From Octopus vulgaris (lineage: Eukaryota), in NCBI GenBank assembly GCA_951406725.2, contig OX597823.1:25916001-25980000 (forward strand): a DNA stretch of 64,000 nt. The letters run 5' to 3'. Positions within the stretch are counted from its first letter, which is position 1, and each line of letters begins with the position of its first letter. This document shows positions 11,663 to 22,499 of this stretch, in pieces. Position numbers and translations under genes: made by a program. A model generated the notes under the pieces. That model made no database searches, was not told the origin of the DNA, and saw only the letters and a list, made by a program, of their open reading frames with translations.

Positions 11663-12095
11663 AATTCTGTTGTGTCTGGGGAGAGACATTCTCTTTTAGT
11701 GCCTTATTATTTAACTCTTTAGTATTTAAACCGGCCATATCCGGCCAAAATATCTAATCTGTTTTATGTTCAAACTGACTGGATCCAGGCTCTCACACCT
11801 ACCCTACAATGTTATTCTACATTAAGTAATTACACCATCAAGATCTTGAAGATATGAGATAATGCATGATTAATTCAAATCAATGTGAATCAATAAGCAT
11901 TATGTTTGATAGAATAATTGGAACACTAAAGGGTTAACACACTCACCGGTCAAATTTCCACTTATTTCTTATTTTTATTTTCTAAAATTTTCGTTGCGTC
12001 TTGCATGAAAAGGTTGCAAGATGCAACAAAAATTTTAGAAAATAAAAATAAGAACTCATAAAGAATCTTGCAAACCAAATCCAAAAACGAAATAT
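11663..12095. repeat. second copy of the 8739-9054 palindromic element, interrupted by a piggyBac MITE
   Basis: Same TTCTGTTGTGTCTGG..GTGCCTTAT..TTAA|CACACTCACCGGT..GTTGCGTCTTGCA sequence; its right end is the reverse complement of 8739-8784. Confidence 0.85.
11715..11933 (+). mobile_element. piggyBac-type MITE
   Basis: TTAA at 11711-11714 and 11934-11937; termini CTCTTTAG../..CTAAAGGG; the empty site (single TTAA) is visible in the paralogous host repeat at about 8844. Confidence 0.9.
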
Positions 12096-12290
12096 ATAGT
12101 TGAAATTTATAGAAAAACAAAAGACGAAGACAGGTGTATGAACAACAAGCAAGTGTATTAGTTTGATGCTCAGGAAAAATGAAAAAGTTATTTACATTTC
12201 AAACCTATGCTCTTCAACAGAAAGGAATAAGAGAAAATAAACAGAGAGAGAGAGTGAAAAGAACTTGTAGATTTCAATGGTCCAGCATGA
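12095..12290 (-). repeat. Penelope-like terminal-repeat relic with a decayed hammerhead-like motif
   Basis: Minus strand reads CTGTTGA-A-GAGC-ATAG-GTTT-GAAA-TGT at about 12194-12220; bounded by (TA)n. Confidence 0.5.
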
Positions 12291-13203
12291 GATATATATA
12301 TATCGTCATCATCATATATCAAGACATGACAGAGAGAAAGAGCAGTTTACAGAGTGCACTAGGTATCTTGTTATCATGTACTTTGCAAGACTAAAGAACC
12401 TCCACAGTTATACACTGTTTTCATTCATTTAAAACAACATACCTAAAAGGGTGAATAGAGGAGAGGGTTACGACAGAAGTTTGATGGCAGGGACAGCATT
12501 ATTGGAGTGAAAAGGTGGTAGCGGAAGGACTATTGGAGGAGAGTAAGAGGTTAGTAGAGGGAAAAGTAACAGAAGCGACAGTATCTGGGGAAATAACAGA
12601 AGGGAGACAATAACGTCAGGGGTAAATGTAAGAAAGACAGTGAAGGCAACTACACGTTTGGTTGTAAGAGGGAGAGTGATTGATGAATAGCTATACAGAT
12701 GGGCAAATAGCAAGAGGAAAGTGGTGGAAGCTAATCATGGGAAAGAGTGAAATGATTAACAGACGAATGATGCATCAGATCTGAACAGTTCTGATGGAAT
12801 CCCATGGTGATGGCTGAACGGAAAACAATAATGATGGAGAGGTAAATAGAGAAGAGACCCAATGTAATTCCATATTATACAGGTAGTATGATATGGTGCA
12901 GAGGAGAAAGTGACTGATAGAGAGACCACGGTTTTAAAATTCTTTTCACCATGCTTACAGAGAAGCCTGGGTCTTCATTCCCTTCATCGGTACAGGACAA
13001 CCACTGGCTAGAGATAGCAGCCACTCACTCTTGCTCACAGTATATACTTTTAAAGCATCACACAGTCCCTGATCTTGTAAAGAGAGAAACAACTAGTTTT
13101 AAATCTCTGAGCGAGAAGTATGTAGTAACAGTACTGTAGATTACATGTCAGTAACCAGCTGGAAAAGACGTTTTCCTGGGGTTAAAATGTAGTAACATTA
13201 TCA

Positions 13204-13530
13204 GGATCTTTTCACTTTGACCGGCAGATTTTTTAAATAATTTCTTTGTAACTAAACACTTTTAAACTTTGTATACTGGTAGAATGTGTTACATAAAACA
13301 TCTTTCTCTCTTGGCTTTCTTGAGAAAATTCTGTAGTTTGTAAGCTATTTCTTGCATTTTGGCAATTTCAACCAATCAATGACGTCTATTGAGGTGAATA
13401 CAATTTCTGCAGTTGTTTGTCAATGTGGTGTCATATCAGTTTGTCACTTATTTATGAGAAAAAAGATACCCTGTTTTATGTAACACACTACCAGTATACA
13501 AAGTTTAAAAGTGTTTAGTTACAAAGAAAT
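13204..13530 (+). mobile_element. rearranged older copy of the Merlin-like MITE at 21572
   Basis: 13204-13450 aligns with 21572-21860; 13472-13530 is an inverted copy of 13240-13300. Confidence 0.8.
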
Positions 13531-13786
13531 GCTGGCATGGGTTAGATAGCTTGACTGAATCTGGTAAGCTGGAGAGCTATACCAGGCTCCAGTGTAATTT
13601 TGACTCATTTTCTATGGCTACATACCATTCCTAATGCCAACCACTCCTAGAGTGTAGTGGATGCCTTTTACATAGCACGGGCACTGTCCACAACTACAAT
13701 TTCACTTGGCTCTGTGTGTGTGTGTGAGAAAGAGAGAGAGAGAAGATGTAGATAAAAATAGGTGCAGAAATGCTAGAGATACTTAC

Positions 13787-13888
13787 ATATTTAGGATATC
13801 TCATTTTTGAAGACAAACCAAGTTTCTGCCGTACTTTTAAAAACCAACCTGTACTAGCTGACCTTATTTCCTGAGAAACAGAACCTTG
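13787..13888 (-). CDS. UQCC1: UQCC1 exon 3 (QGSVSQ...KLGLSSKMRYPKY)
   Basis: TTTTATTTTCAG acceptor, GTAAGT donor; 102 nt, phase 0/0; its end resembles the vertebrate 'MGFTGPLKYSKW' segment as recalled. Confidence 0.85.
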
Positions 13889-14538
13889 CTGAAAATAAAA
13901 ATTGTAGAAGACAAAAATTATTTTTAACACTTCAACACACAGAAGTTTATACGTGCAAGTGTGTCTGTATGCGTATGTGATTCTGCAATGTGTATGCATA
14001 CATAGAACTTATTTAAACCTTTATTCTTCCTACAGCCTTCAACTTCATTTACAGCCACACAACACATATTTGAGAACTTCTCCAAAGAAGCAATCTTCCA
14101 GAAACTTAAGAATTCACTTCTACTCAGCACACACAAAATTATTCTATTTTGTCAGTTGTTTTCATATTGAAAGGATGAAAGGCAAAGCTGACTCAGCAGG
14201 ATTTGAACTCAGAACATAAAGTACCAGAAAAAAAACTATAAAGCATTTTGTCTGATGCTTTACCAAACTGCTGCCCTAATCTATGATGGTGATGATGATG
14301 ATGTTTTAAATTTTGAGCACAAAGCCAGCAATTTGGGGGAGAGAGTAAGTTGATTATATCAACCCTAGTATACAACTAGCACTTATTTTATTAACCCCAA
14401 AAGGATGAAAGGCAAAGTAAACCTCAGTGGAATTTGAACTCACAACATAGTGTCAGAAGAAATGTCACTAAACATTTCATCCAGCGTACTAACAATTCTG
14501 CTAGTTCATTGCCTTAATAATAATAATAATAATAATAA

Positions 14539-15462
14539 GGAACTTAGGATGAAGGTGAGTGAGAAAGTAATCCAGTTTGCTAAAGGAGTTAAGGAAGAGA
14601 TGAAAAAACAAGCCCAGAAGAAGAGCAAAGAAGAATGGCTAGAAAAACTGATGCATGGCCGATACCCATGTAGAGTGAACAAATCAGACGTATAAAAATG
14701 AGACACTCATGTATGGATGCAGAACTCAGGACCGAAGGTTTTATCATAGCAGCACAAGATCAAAGCTTGGCAACCAGGGCTTACCACAACAAAATAATGA
14801 ATGATGGCACTGACTCGAAATGCAGAATGTGTCATGAGCAGGATGAAACAGTGGACATCTTAACTGGATGCACAGTGCTTGCAAAAACCAAATATATTCA
14901 TAGACACAATAGAGTAGCACAATATATCCATTGGCAGATAATGTAAACACTACCAGCTTCCAACTTCAGAAAGATGGTACAAGCATAAACCTAAAACTGT
15001 GACCAGAAAAGATGATGTAACAGTACTCTGGGACATGCTAATCAACACTGATAAAGAAATCAAGGCAAGCAGGCCGGATATAATCATCAAAGATGGCAAT
15101 AATAAGAAATGTTTAATGATAGATGTGACAATACCATCAGAGAGAAATGTATCCATTAAAGATGTTGAGAAGTTACTTAAGTACAAAAACCTAGAAATAG
15201 AAGTGATCAAGATGTGGGGAATGAAAAGCAGCACAGCACCAGTGGTGATTGGAGTGTTAGGGCTAATTAAAAAGGGCCTTGATAAGCAGCTCAACAAACT
15301 CCCTTGCAGTGTTAATGTGGGAGAACTTCAGAAAATAGTGTTGCTAGGTTCCACACACATTTTACGCTGTGTACTCTCCATGAGATGAGAACCTGCTGTG
15401 ATCCTAGAGTCAAGGGATGACCCGGTTCAGCAGAAGACAACGGACCATATTTTTTTTTTTTT
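14539..15462 (+). mobile_element. 5'-truncated R4/Dong-clade non-LTR retrotransposon (CCHC knuckle + restriction-like endonuclease) in a (TAA)n tract
   Basis: KCRMCHEQDETV.., RHNRVA..IHW, RPDIII..LMIDVTIP..KY..L and PVVIGVLG in ORFs 14698 and 14999; (TAA)n at 14515-14538 and 15463-15483. Confidence 0.88.
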
Positions 15463-15614
15463 TAATAATAATAATAATAATAATTCTTTCTACTATAGGC
15501 ACAAGGCCTGAAATTTGGTGGGAGGGGACTAGTTGATTGCACTGAATCCAGTGCTTCACTGGTACTTAATTTATCGATCCCAAAACAACGAAAGGCAAAG
15601 TCAACCTCAGCAGG

Positions 15615-17262
15615 ATGCCCCTGGGAGCTCCTCTATGCTGATGACCTTGCTCTAATTGCTGAGTCCCTATCAGAACTAGAGGAGAAGTTTCAAGTGTTGA
15701 AACAAGGATTAGAATCGAAGGGCCTTAGAATCAACCTAGCTAAAACCAAAGTCCTAATATGCAGGAAGGCAGGCAAACCACAAATCCCTTCAGGTAGATG
15801 GCCCTGCTCAATCTGTAGTAGAGGCGTAGGTAGAAACTCTATAAGATGTACCCAGTGTAAGCTATAGACACATAAGAGATGCAGCAATATCAAAGGAAGG
15901 CTAACTGGGAAGATAGTTTTTGTATGTGGCAGATGCTTGGGAGCAATAAACAATGAAAAAGCGCAGAGACCAACTTCCGCCACATTCCAGGGAGAAAAAC
16001 TAGAAGTAGTTGATAGCTTCCATTACCTAGGTGACCAAACCAGTAGCTGAGGTGGGTGCGCTGAAAGTGTAGCTGCTAGAATAAGAATAGCTTGGGCAAA
16101 GTTCAGAGAGTTCTTACCTCTGCTGGCGACAAAGGGCCTCTCGCTCAGAGTAAAAGGTAGACTGTATGATGCATCTGTACGAACGGCCATGCTACATGGC
16201 AGTGAAACATAGGCTGTGACAGCTGAGGACATGCGTAAGCTCGCAAGGAATGAAGCCAGTATGATCCGGTGGATGTGGAATGTCAGTGTGCATACTCAAC
16301 AGAGTGTAACTACCTTGAGAGAAATGTTGGACCTAAGAAGCATCAGATGTGGTGTGCAAGAGAGACGACTGCGCTAGTATGGTCATGTGGCGAGAATGGA
16401 GGAGGATAGCTGTGTGAAAAAGTGCCACACCCTAGCGGTTGAGGGAACCTGTGGAAGAGGTAGACCCAGGAAAACCTGGGATGAAGTGATGAAGCACGAC
16501 CTTCAAACATTAGGCCTCACCAAGGAAATGACTAGCGACTGAGACTTTTAGAAATATGCTGTGCTTGAGAAGACCTGGCAAGCCAAATGAAACCATAATC
16601 TGTGGCCTATGCCAGGAGCATAACCAGCCCGCTTATGCGTACCTTTTCCTTCTTTGGACACTAAACTCTGCTTGCGAAGACCTGTTGAGGCAAGTGAAAT
16701 CAAAATCAAAATCACATTTGATAACTGGCATCCGTACTAGCGGGGTACAAAGAGCACCATACGAGTGTGATTGTTGACAGAGCGGATAACTGGCTTCCGT
16801 GCTAGTGGCACATAAAAGGCACCATTTGAGTGTGATCGTTACCAGCGTCGCCTTACTGGCACTTGTGCCCGAGCTTGTAGGATGCCAAGAGCACCATCCG
16901 AGCATGATCATTGCCAGAGCAGCCAACTGGCTTCTGTGCCGGTGGCACATAAAAGGGCACCATTTGAGCATGATCGTTACCAATGTTGCCTTACTGGCAC
17001 CTGTGCTGGTGGCATGTGTAAAAAGATTTGAGCAAGGTCATTGCCAGTACCGCCTGACTGGCCCCTGTGCTGGTGGCACGTACAAAGCACCCACTACACT
17101 CTCAGAGTGGTTGGCGTTATGAAGGGCATCTAGCTGTAGAAACTCCACCAAATCAAGATTGGAGCCTGGTGCAGCCATCTGGTTCGCCAGCCCTCAGTCA
17201 AAATCGTCCAATCCATGCTAGCATGGAAAGCAGACGTTAAACGATGATGATGATGATGATGA
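15615..17262 (+). mobile_element. RTE-clade LINE 3' part: RT C-terminus, repeat-containing 3' UTR and (GAT)n tail
   Basis: PWELLYADDLALIA at the 5' junction; LHGSET, YGHVARM and RGRPRKTW motifs; ends GACGTTAAACGATGATGATG. Confidence 0.93.
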
Positions 17263-17367
17263 ACAGCAACAACAACAAAAAAGAATAACATCAATAATAA
17301 TAATGTTTCTAACATAAAATGATTATTTCTGAAATAATTGTTTTTAACAATAATAGTAATAATATAC

Positions 17368-17478
17368 CTGTAATTCTGTATTTATCAAACAAGAACTCAA
17401 TCTGTTTGGTAGAATATGTCTGGCTGTGATAACAGGTAATGCAGATATTTGAGTGGACAGCTGACATGATATAGATTT
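17368..17478 (-). CDS. UQCC1: UQCC1 exon 2 (KSISCQLSTQ...LINTELQ)
   Basis: Polypyrimidine tract + TGCAG acceptor, donor CAG|GTATAT; 111 nt open, phase 0/0. Confidence 0.75.
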
Positions 17479-17949
17479 CTGCAGAAAAAAATAAACAAAT
17501 GAAAATAAGATTTATTTCAAATACAGAATCAATATCAATGGTTAGATTGTGAGCAAGACCTCACAGCAACAATAACTATAGATATTTACAGAAAAAAAAA
17601 CAAAATTAAAAAATTTTCTTGGTTTTATGGTTTCAAAATTTTTTGACTCTTCTCAAAATTATCCCAGGCAAAGCCCAAATGCTATCTTTAAGCAAAATGT
17701 TAGGGAAAGGGAGAGTGGCAATGACACCATAAAACTTTGTGTGTGTGTGTATGTGAATGTAGATTTAAGAAACTAATAAATGTTGGCAACAAAATAGTTG
17801 ATAAAAAATCTTAATGAAATAAATAAGATGATAGAAAAAGAACTGATAAAAGTATTCATGGCAATAAAAACATGATAAATGGGAGGAAGATAAAGAAACT
17901 AATAAAATGAAATAAAAGAACTAATAAATATAGTAAAAGGAAGAAAAGA

Positions 17950-19730
17950 ATCAATATTAGGCAACAACTTGTTAATTTTGAATTTCAAGGGATCATATTT
18001 GGCAGGAAAACAAGAGGGGGATGGTTTATTCCACAATTTCATTGTTCCAAGAAGAAAATCTTTACTCATGTGACTTGTACCATGTTTCTAAGATACCCAG
18101 GAAGCAAAAATGGGAATTGCAAAATTTAGCAGACTGAATTCTGATGGAAAATTTCCAAAGTAGTGGGCCAGGGAATGAAGCACATCTGAACACCTTCCCT
18201 GTAGGTGTAGAATGGTAGAAAAGAGTCAGACTTGCAACATTGATAGAAAAGTTGGAGTGATGAAAAGAGTTCCTCACCAACTAGACTACATATTTGATTT
18301 TGTACTCTACCAAGAATGAACAGATGTTTGGAGGGACCTACCCAAATGTGTGAGCAGTTTTGGTTGGATCTAGCTCTTACAAAGATACATATAGAACTTT
18401 GGGTGTTATGAAATTTATTGAACAGTAGAATAAGTCCACTATTCTAGTTGCAATCCTGATCCCTTTTGCTGTTATGGGGAAGTAAACAAATCAACACCAG
18501 TTGTCAACCAGTGATAAAGAACAAACACCAACACAAAGACACACACAAATATATCATCATTGTTGTTTAACGTCTGCTTTCCATGGTGGCATGGGTTGGA
18601 CAGTTTGACTGAGGACTGGTGAGCCAGAAGGCTGCACCAGGCTCCAATCCAATCTGGCAATGTTTCTACAGCTGGATGCCCTTCCTAACACCAACCACTC
18701 CAAGAGTGTAGTGGGTGCTTTTTACGTGCCAGTAGCACAAGGAACAGTCAGGCGATACTGGCATTGACCACGGTTGAATGGTGCTCTTTACATGCCACTA
18801 GCACGGGAGCCAGTCAGGTGGCACTGGCAATGACCACACTCAAATGGTGCTATTTACATGCCACTGGCACTGACCATACTTGAATGGTATATTTTACATG
18901 CCACCAGCACAGGAGCCAGTCAGACAGTGCTGGTATCGACCACGCTCGAATGGTGCTTTTTACATGCCACCAGCACAGGAGCCAATCAGGCAGTACTGTT
19001 ATCAGTCACGATGATGACTTCACTTGCCTCAACAGGTCTTCGCAAGTGCAGTTTACAGTTCAATGATTGAAGGGTATTCTTAAATGGGTTGGTTATGCTG
19101 CACTGGCATAGGCCACGGTTATGGTCTCACTTGGCTTGCCAGGTATTCTCAAGCACAGCATATCTCCAAAGGTATCAGTCACTTGTCATTGCTTCAGTGA
19201 GGCCCAATGTTCGAAGGTCATGCTTCAACACCTCATCCCAGGTCTTCCTAAGTCTACCTCTTCCGTAGGTTCCCTCTACTGCTAGGGTGTGATACTTTAC
19301 ATACATATATATATATATATATAAAATGATCAACTAAATCCACTTACAAGGCTTTGGTTACTTGGCCTAGGGTCATAATAGAAGACACAGTGCCCAAGAG
19401 CACATGGTTGGGAAGCAAGTCTCTTAACCACACAATCATGCCTGCATATATGCCTTTAAAAGATGAGGCAATAAAAGATATTACAGTTCCAATAAACCCT
19501 ATCAAAAGTTTCCTTCAGGTATCCTTTTTCTTTGCCAAATCATGAAATGAGGAAGAGGTTAAATGCAGATTTCTTATTTGAACAAAAAAGCTCAGGATTT
19601 ACAATGATGGGAAAAGTAAGACCATGTGATGTTCAAGCTTTTCTAAAAAAACCTTTCCAACTCAGATGTAAACAGAAAATAGAGACCAACGAATCAAAGG
19701 AGGAACCATTATATCAAGTATGAGCAACTG
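17950..19730 (-). mobile_element. decayed CR1/Jockey-like LINE 3' fragment interrupted by SINE and RTE pieces
   Basis: Minus strand reads ..TMKLWNKPSPSCFPAKYDPLKFKIN at about 17975-18050, a typical C-terminal motif; related decayed sequence resumes near 19450. Confidence 0.5.
18556..19296 (-). mobile_element. RTE 3' end and 3' UTR, minus strand
   Basis: Reverse complement of about 16430-17250, including the repeat array and tail. Confidence 0.88.
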
Positions 19731-19989
19731 TAACACTGATTATATTAGGCCCTTCATGACTTTATGATAAGCGTAGTAACCATGATTATATAAACATTGC
19801 AAGAGCTGATACAGTAATGCACCAGCTTAAACAGTCAATCTTCTGAAGTGGTTAGTATAAAAAAAGCCAAACTTGCTATCTTTAATTAGTTTCCAATGCC
19901 TATCCTTACCTATGGTCATAAATGTTAGGTAACGACTAAGAGTCCAATTGCAAATATAAGCAGGGTCCATAGCTCAGAGACGAGGGAGT

Positions 19990-20285
19990 CTTTCCAGGTT
20001 GAGCCACTATTCCTCTGCATTGAGAGACCATGGCTCCGGTATGTGGTTAGAATGTTGCAGAAAAGGATCAAAGGACGGATTCCTCAAGCTGAGCCAATTG
20101 GCAGGAGACCTAGGAGTAGAGCAGGTATGAGATGGTTGGATAATATCCATAGTCTCAGTTGGTTAGCATGGGAATCCAACAAGAAAGTGTCATGATTGTT
20201 GCTTCTGATAGGACCCTCAGGAGAAGTGACTTACAACTTTCCCTCCGACGACCTTCCCAGAAATAGTGAGCGGCATAAATGGATG
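19990..20285 (+). mobile_element. old RTE-type LINE C-terminal fragment (different family)
   Basis: Decayed EPLFLCIER..LR..VVRM..GRRPRSRAGMRWLDNI motif. Confidence 0.6.
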
Positions 20286-21097
20286 GTGACACATAACACT
20301 ACATTAACATTTTGATCAACCTTGAGGTTCGATTCTGTTAATCTGAACAATTTCTCTCTCTCTCTCTCGTTTACTCACACTTTCTGCCGATCAATTTTGT
20401 TATTAGCTGCAAACTGTAACTTATGGTGTTGTCTCTACTACATACGTTTTCAGACCTGTTATAAAAGCCGGCCATACTCGTTATATGCTGTTGCTCTTCT
20501 TTCAGATTTCCCTCAAATTACACCGTACCATCTTAAAATGAAGAACATCTTGGATAATATGCCCATGTAGCGAACTTGGCTCTTTGGAAGGTAGCTTGAC
20601 CTCTACAACAATGAATTACGAAAGCAAGTCCTCGAATTTGGAGAGAGATAGGAAACTCACACGTTTCTCAAGGTCATTAGTAACTTTAGACAATAAATAT
20701 TGGTTGCAACTAGGAATTGAAACCAGTACACATCTTAAATAGAGTCAATATTGCTGTGTGGAGTAAATAAGGAAAAAAACTTTTCTGAGCTCTCGTCCTT
20801 CGTCAGAGAGAGAAAGTGATGTTGTTGCCTTGGATGTGGGATAACAATACTACTTTCTCTTCCATACTCTTTGACAAAGAACCTGAAAGGTTAGAGTCTT
20901 CATTCTTCAGGGCAAATGAACTTATCGAACTCTCCTATAGACTAATTACAGCTGAACAGGCTAAACCAGTTTCTTCCGAGTCTGTATTCACTTAGTGTTA
21001 TGTAAGTAGTTATAAACATATACCGAAGGTTCGCCAACTAAAATAATAATAATATAAATGAAAGCTGAGTAATTAAAATGTAATAACAAACACATAC

Positions 21098-21175
21098 GTT
21101 ACTGACAGCTTCTATTAAGGTGTGGAGGTGACCAAGCCTGCGAGTGAGCGGAGGAACCAAGCGGTAACAAGCCAT
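21098..21175 (-). CDS. UQCC1: UQCC1/CBP3-family gene, coding exon 1 (MACYRLVPPLTRRLGHLHTLIEAVSN), presequence-like
   Basis: ATG at 21175-21173; 78 nt, phase 0; donor GTATGT. Arg/Leu-rich, nearly acid-free N-terminus as expected of a mitochondrial presequence; lies in a locally CpG-richer region. Confidence 0.75.
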
Positions 21176-21341
21176 GGAATTGTAAACTTCAACAATTTGA
21201 CCTCAAAACAAGCACATGTGTTGGTCGCTTGGGTACATCACAATAAATAACATTACGAAGGCCCCTTCTAACGTTGTGCAAGTGCTGAATGCGTGCCCGA
21301 GTATATTTTCAGCTTCACCACTTTATATATATATATATATA

Positions 21342-21498
21342 CTTTATTTAAAGCAGCAGAAAATTCAACAAAACCTGTTGAAACTCAGAGTAACAGGTTT
21401 TGTTGAATTTTCTGCTGCTTTAAATAAAGCATATTACTCTACCACTGGTATTTGAGCACTCTTTTTTCCACCTTGTTTCACATTTGTGTTTACTCCGG
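21342..21498. repeat. perfect 38-bp-arm hairpin within a (TA)n-flanked Penelope-like repeat, just upstream of UQCC1
   Basis: 21342-21379 and 21392-21429 are exact reverse complements; the loop is GAAACTCAGAGT. Confidence 0.9.
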
Positions 21499-21571
21499 TA
21501 TATATATATATATATATATGAGTGTTTGTTAAAGTCTCTATGTTTCTGTGTGTAGTGATTTATCGTTGTTT

Positions 21572-21998
21572 GGATCTTTTCGGTTTGAACGGCAGTTTTT
21601 TTTTAGATAATTTCCACGTAACTAAACACTTTTAAACTTCGTATACTGGTAGAATGTGTTTATAAAACATCTTTTTCTCTTGGTTTTATTGAGAAAATTC
21701 TATAGTTTGTAAGATATTTGTTGTTGTTTTTCTTCTATTTCTTCAATTTCAACCAATCAATGACGTCTATTGAGGTGAAAACATTCTGTACCGTATGAAT
21801 ATGTCCCTCGTTTAAGAAACAGATTGGGTTTATTTACATTTGTGAAGAAAAAAGATACCCTTCCCCCACCCCTAACCCTAACTAACCCTAATCCTAAAAC
21901 AGATTGAAATACAATAGATCGATACTAGGATCATAATTATGGGTGACAATTCCATATGACACCACTAGAAAAAACTGCCGTTCAAACCGAAAAGATCC
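21572..21998. mobile_element. Merlin/IS1016-like MITE
   Basis: TIR GGATCTTTTCGGTTTGAACGGCAGTTTTT at both ends; 8-bp TSD CGTTGTTT (21564-21571 and 21999-22006). 5'-GG termini with an 8-bp TSD fit the Merlin superfamily. Internal (CCCTAA)n-like tract at about 21870-21897. Confidence 0.8.
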
Positions 21999-22499
21999 CG
22001 TTGTTTTTGTATGTGTGTGTATGCTAATGCAGCAGTGTTGCTGTTTATGTTTGTTTGTCTCATTCTGTTGGGGTTTTTTTATTTTTTTGTGGTGGGGAGG
22101 TTCCTGTTGATGAAATCTATTTAAACAGCCGCACTGGATCCAGTTGAATCCCAATTATAATCCCGTGACGTGGTCACTCGGCAAATCATAGATATCTAAT
22201 TCTGAGTTCCATTGGGAAACTATTTCTCTTTTATCTCTTAAAAGTAATTATATTTTTTAATTTTTAGCAAAAAGCAAAAAAAAAACACCAGCTATATATA
22301 TTAGTAAATAAATAAATGGCATGGCACCAACAGAAACTGGTGTATACCTCTAAGAATTTTTGAGACACTCCAAAACACTCACTGCATTACTGCTGCTGAT
22401 TGTGAAGCTGAAGCCCTGGACAAGCCAGAAACACCTCCTGTATTCCATCTGATGATATATCAGTGAGACGTAACGCTAACGAAGTAAGAAATTACTTTG

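Noticed and set aside
14539-15462. Dong/R4 element as the mobiliser of the clustered SINEs
   Set aside because: The orientation conflicts: Dong has (TAA)n on its sense strand, the SINEs have the complementary (ATT)n on theirs, and no shared 3' sequence was seen.
16750-17095. Regularly spaced palindromic repeats with variable inserts, superficially CRISPR-like
   Set aside because: The variable parts are only about 10 nt and related to each other, the array lies inside an RTE 3' UTR found many times in the window, the context is eukaryotic, and there are no cas genes.
21868-21897. Interstitial telomere or chromosome-fusion scar
   Set aside because: Only about 4 imperfect units, lying inside a TIR/TSD-bounded MITE.
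22100-22200. CRE/E-box-like TGACGTGG as a bidirectional promoter element
   Set aside because: It overlaps the start of a dispersed repeat (GTGGT.ACTCG.., also at about 41033) and has no other support.
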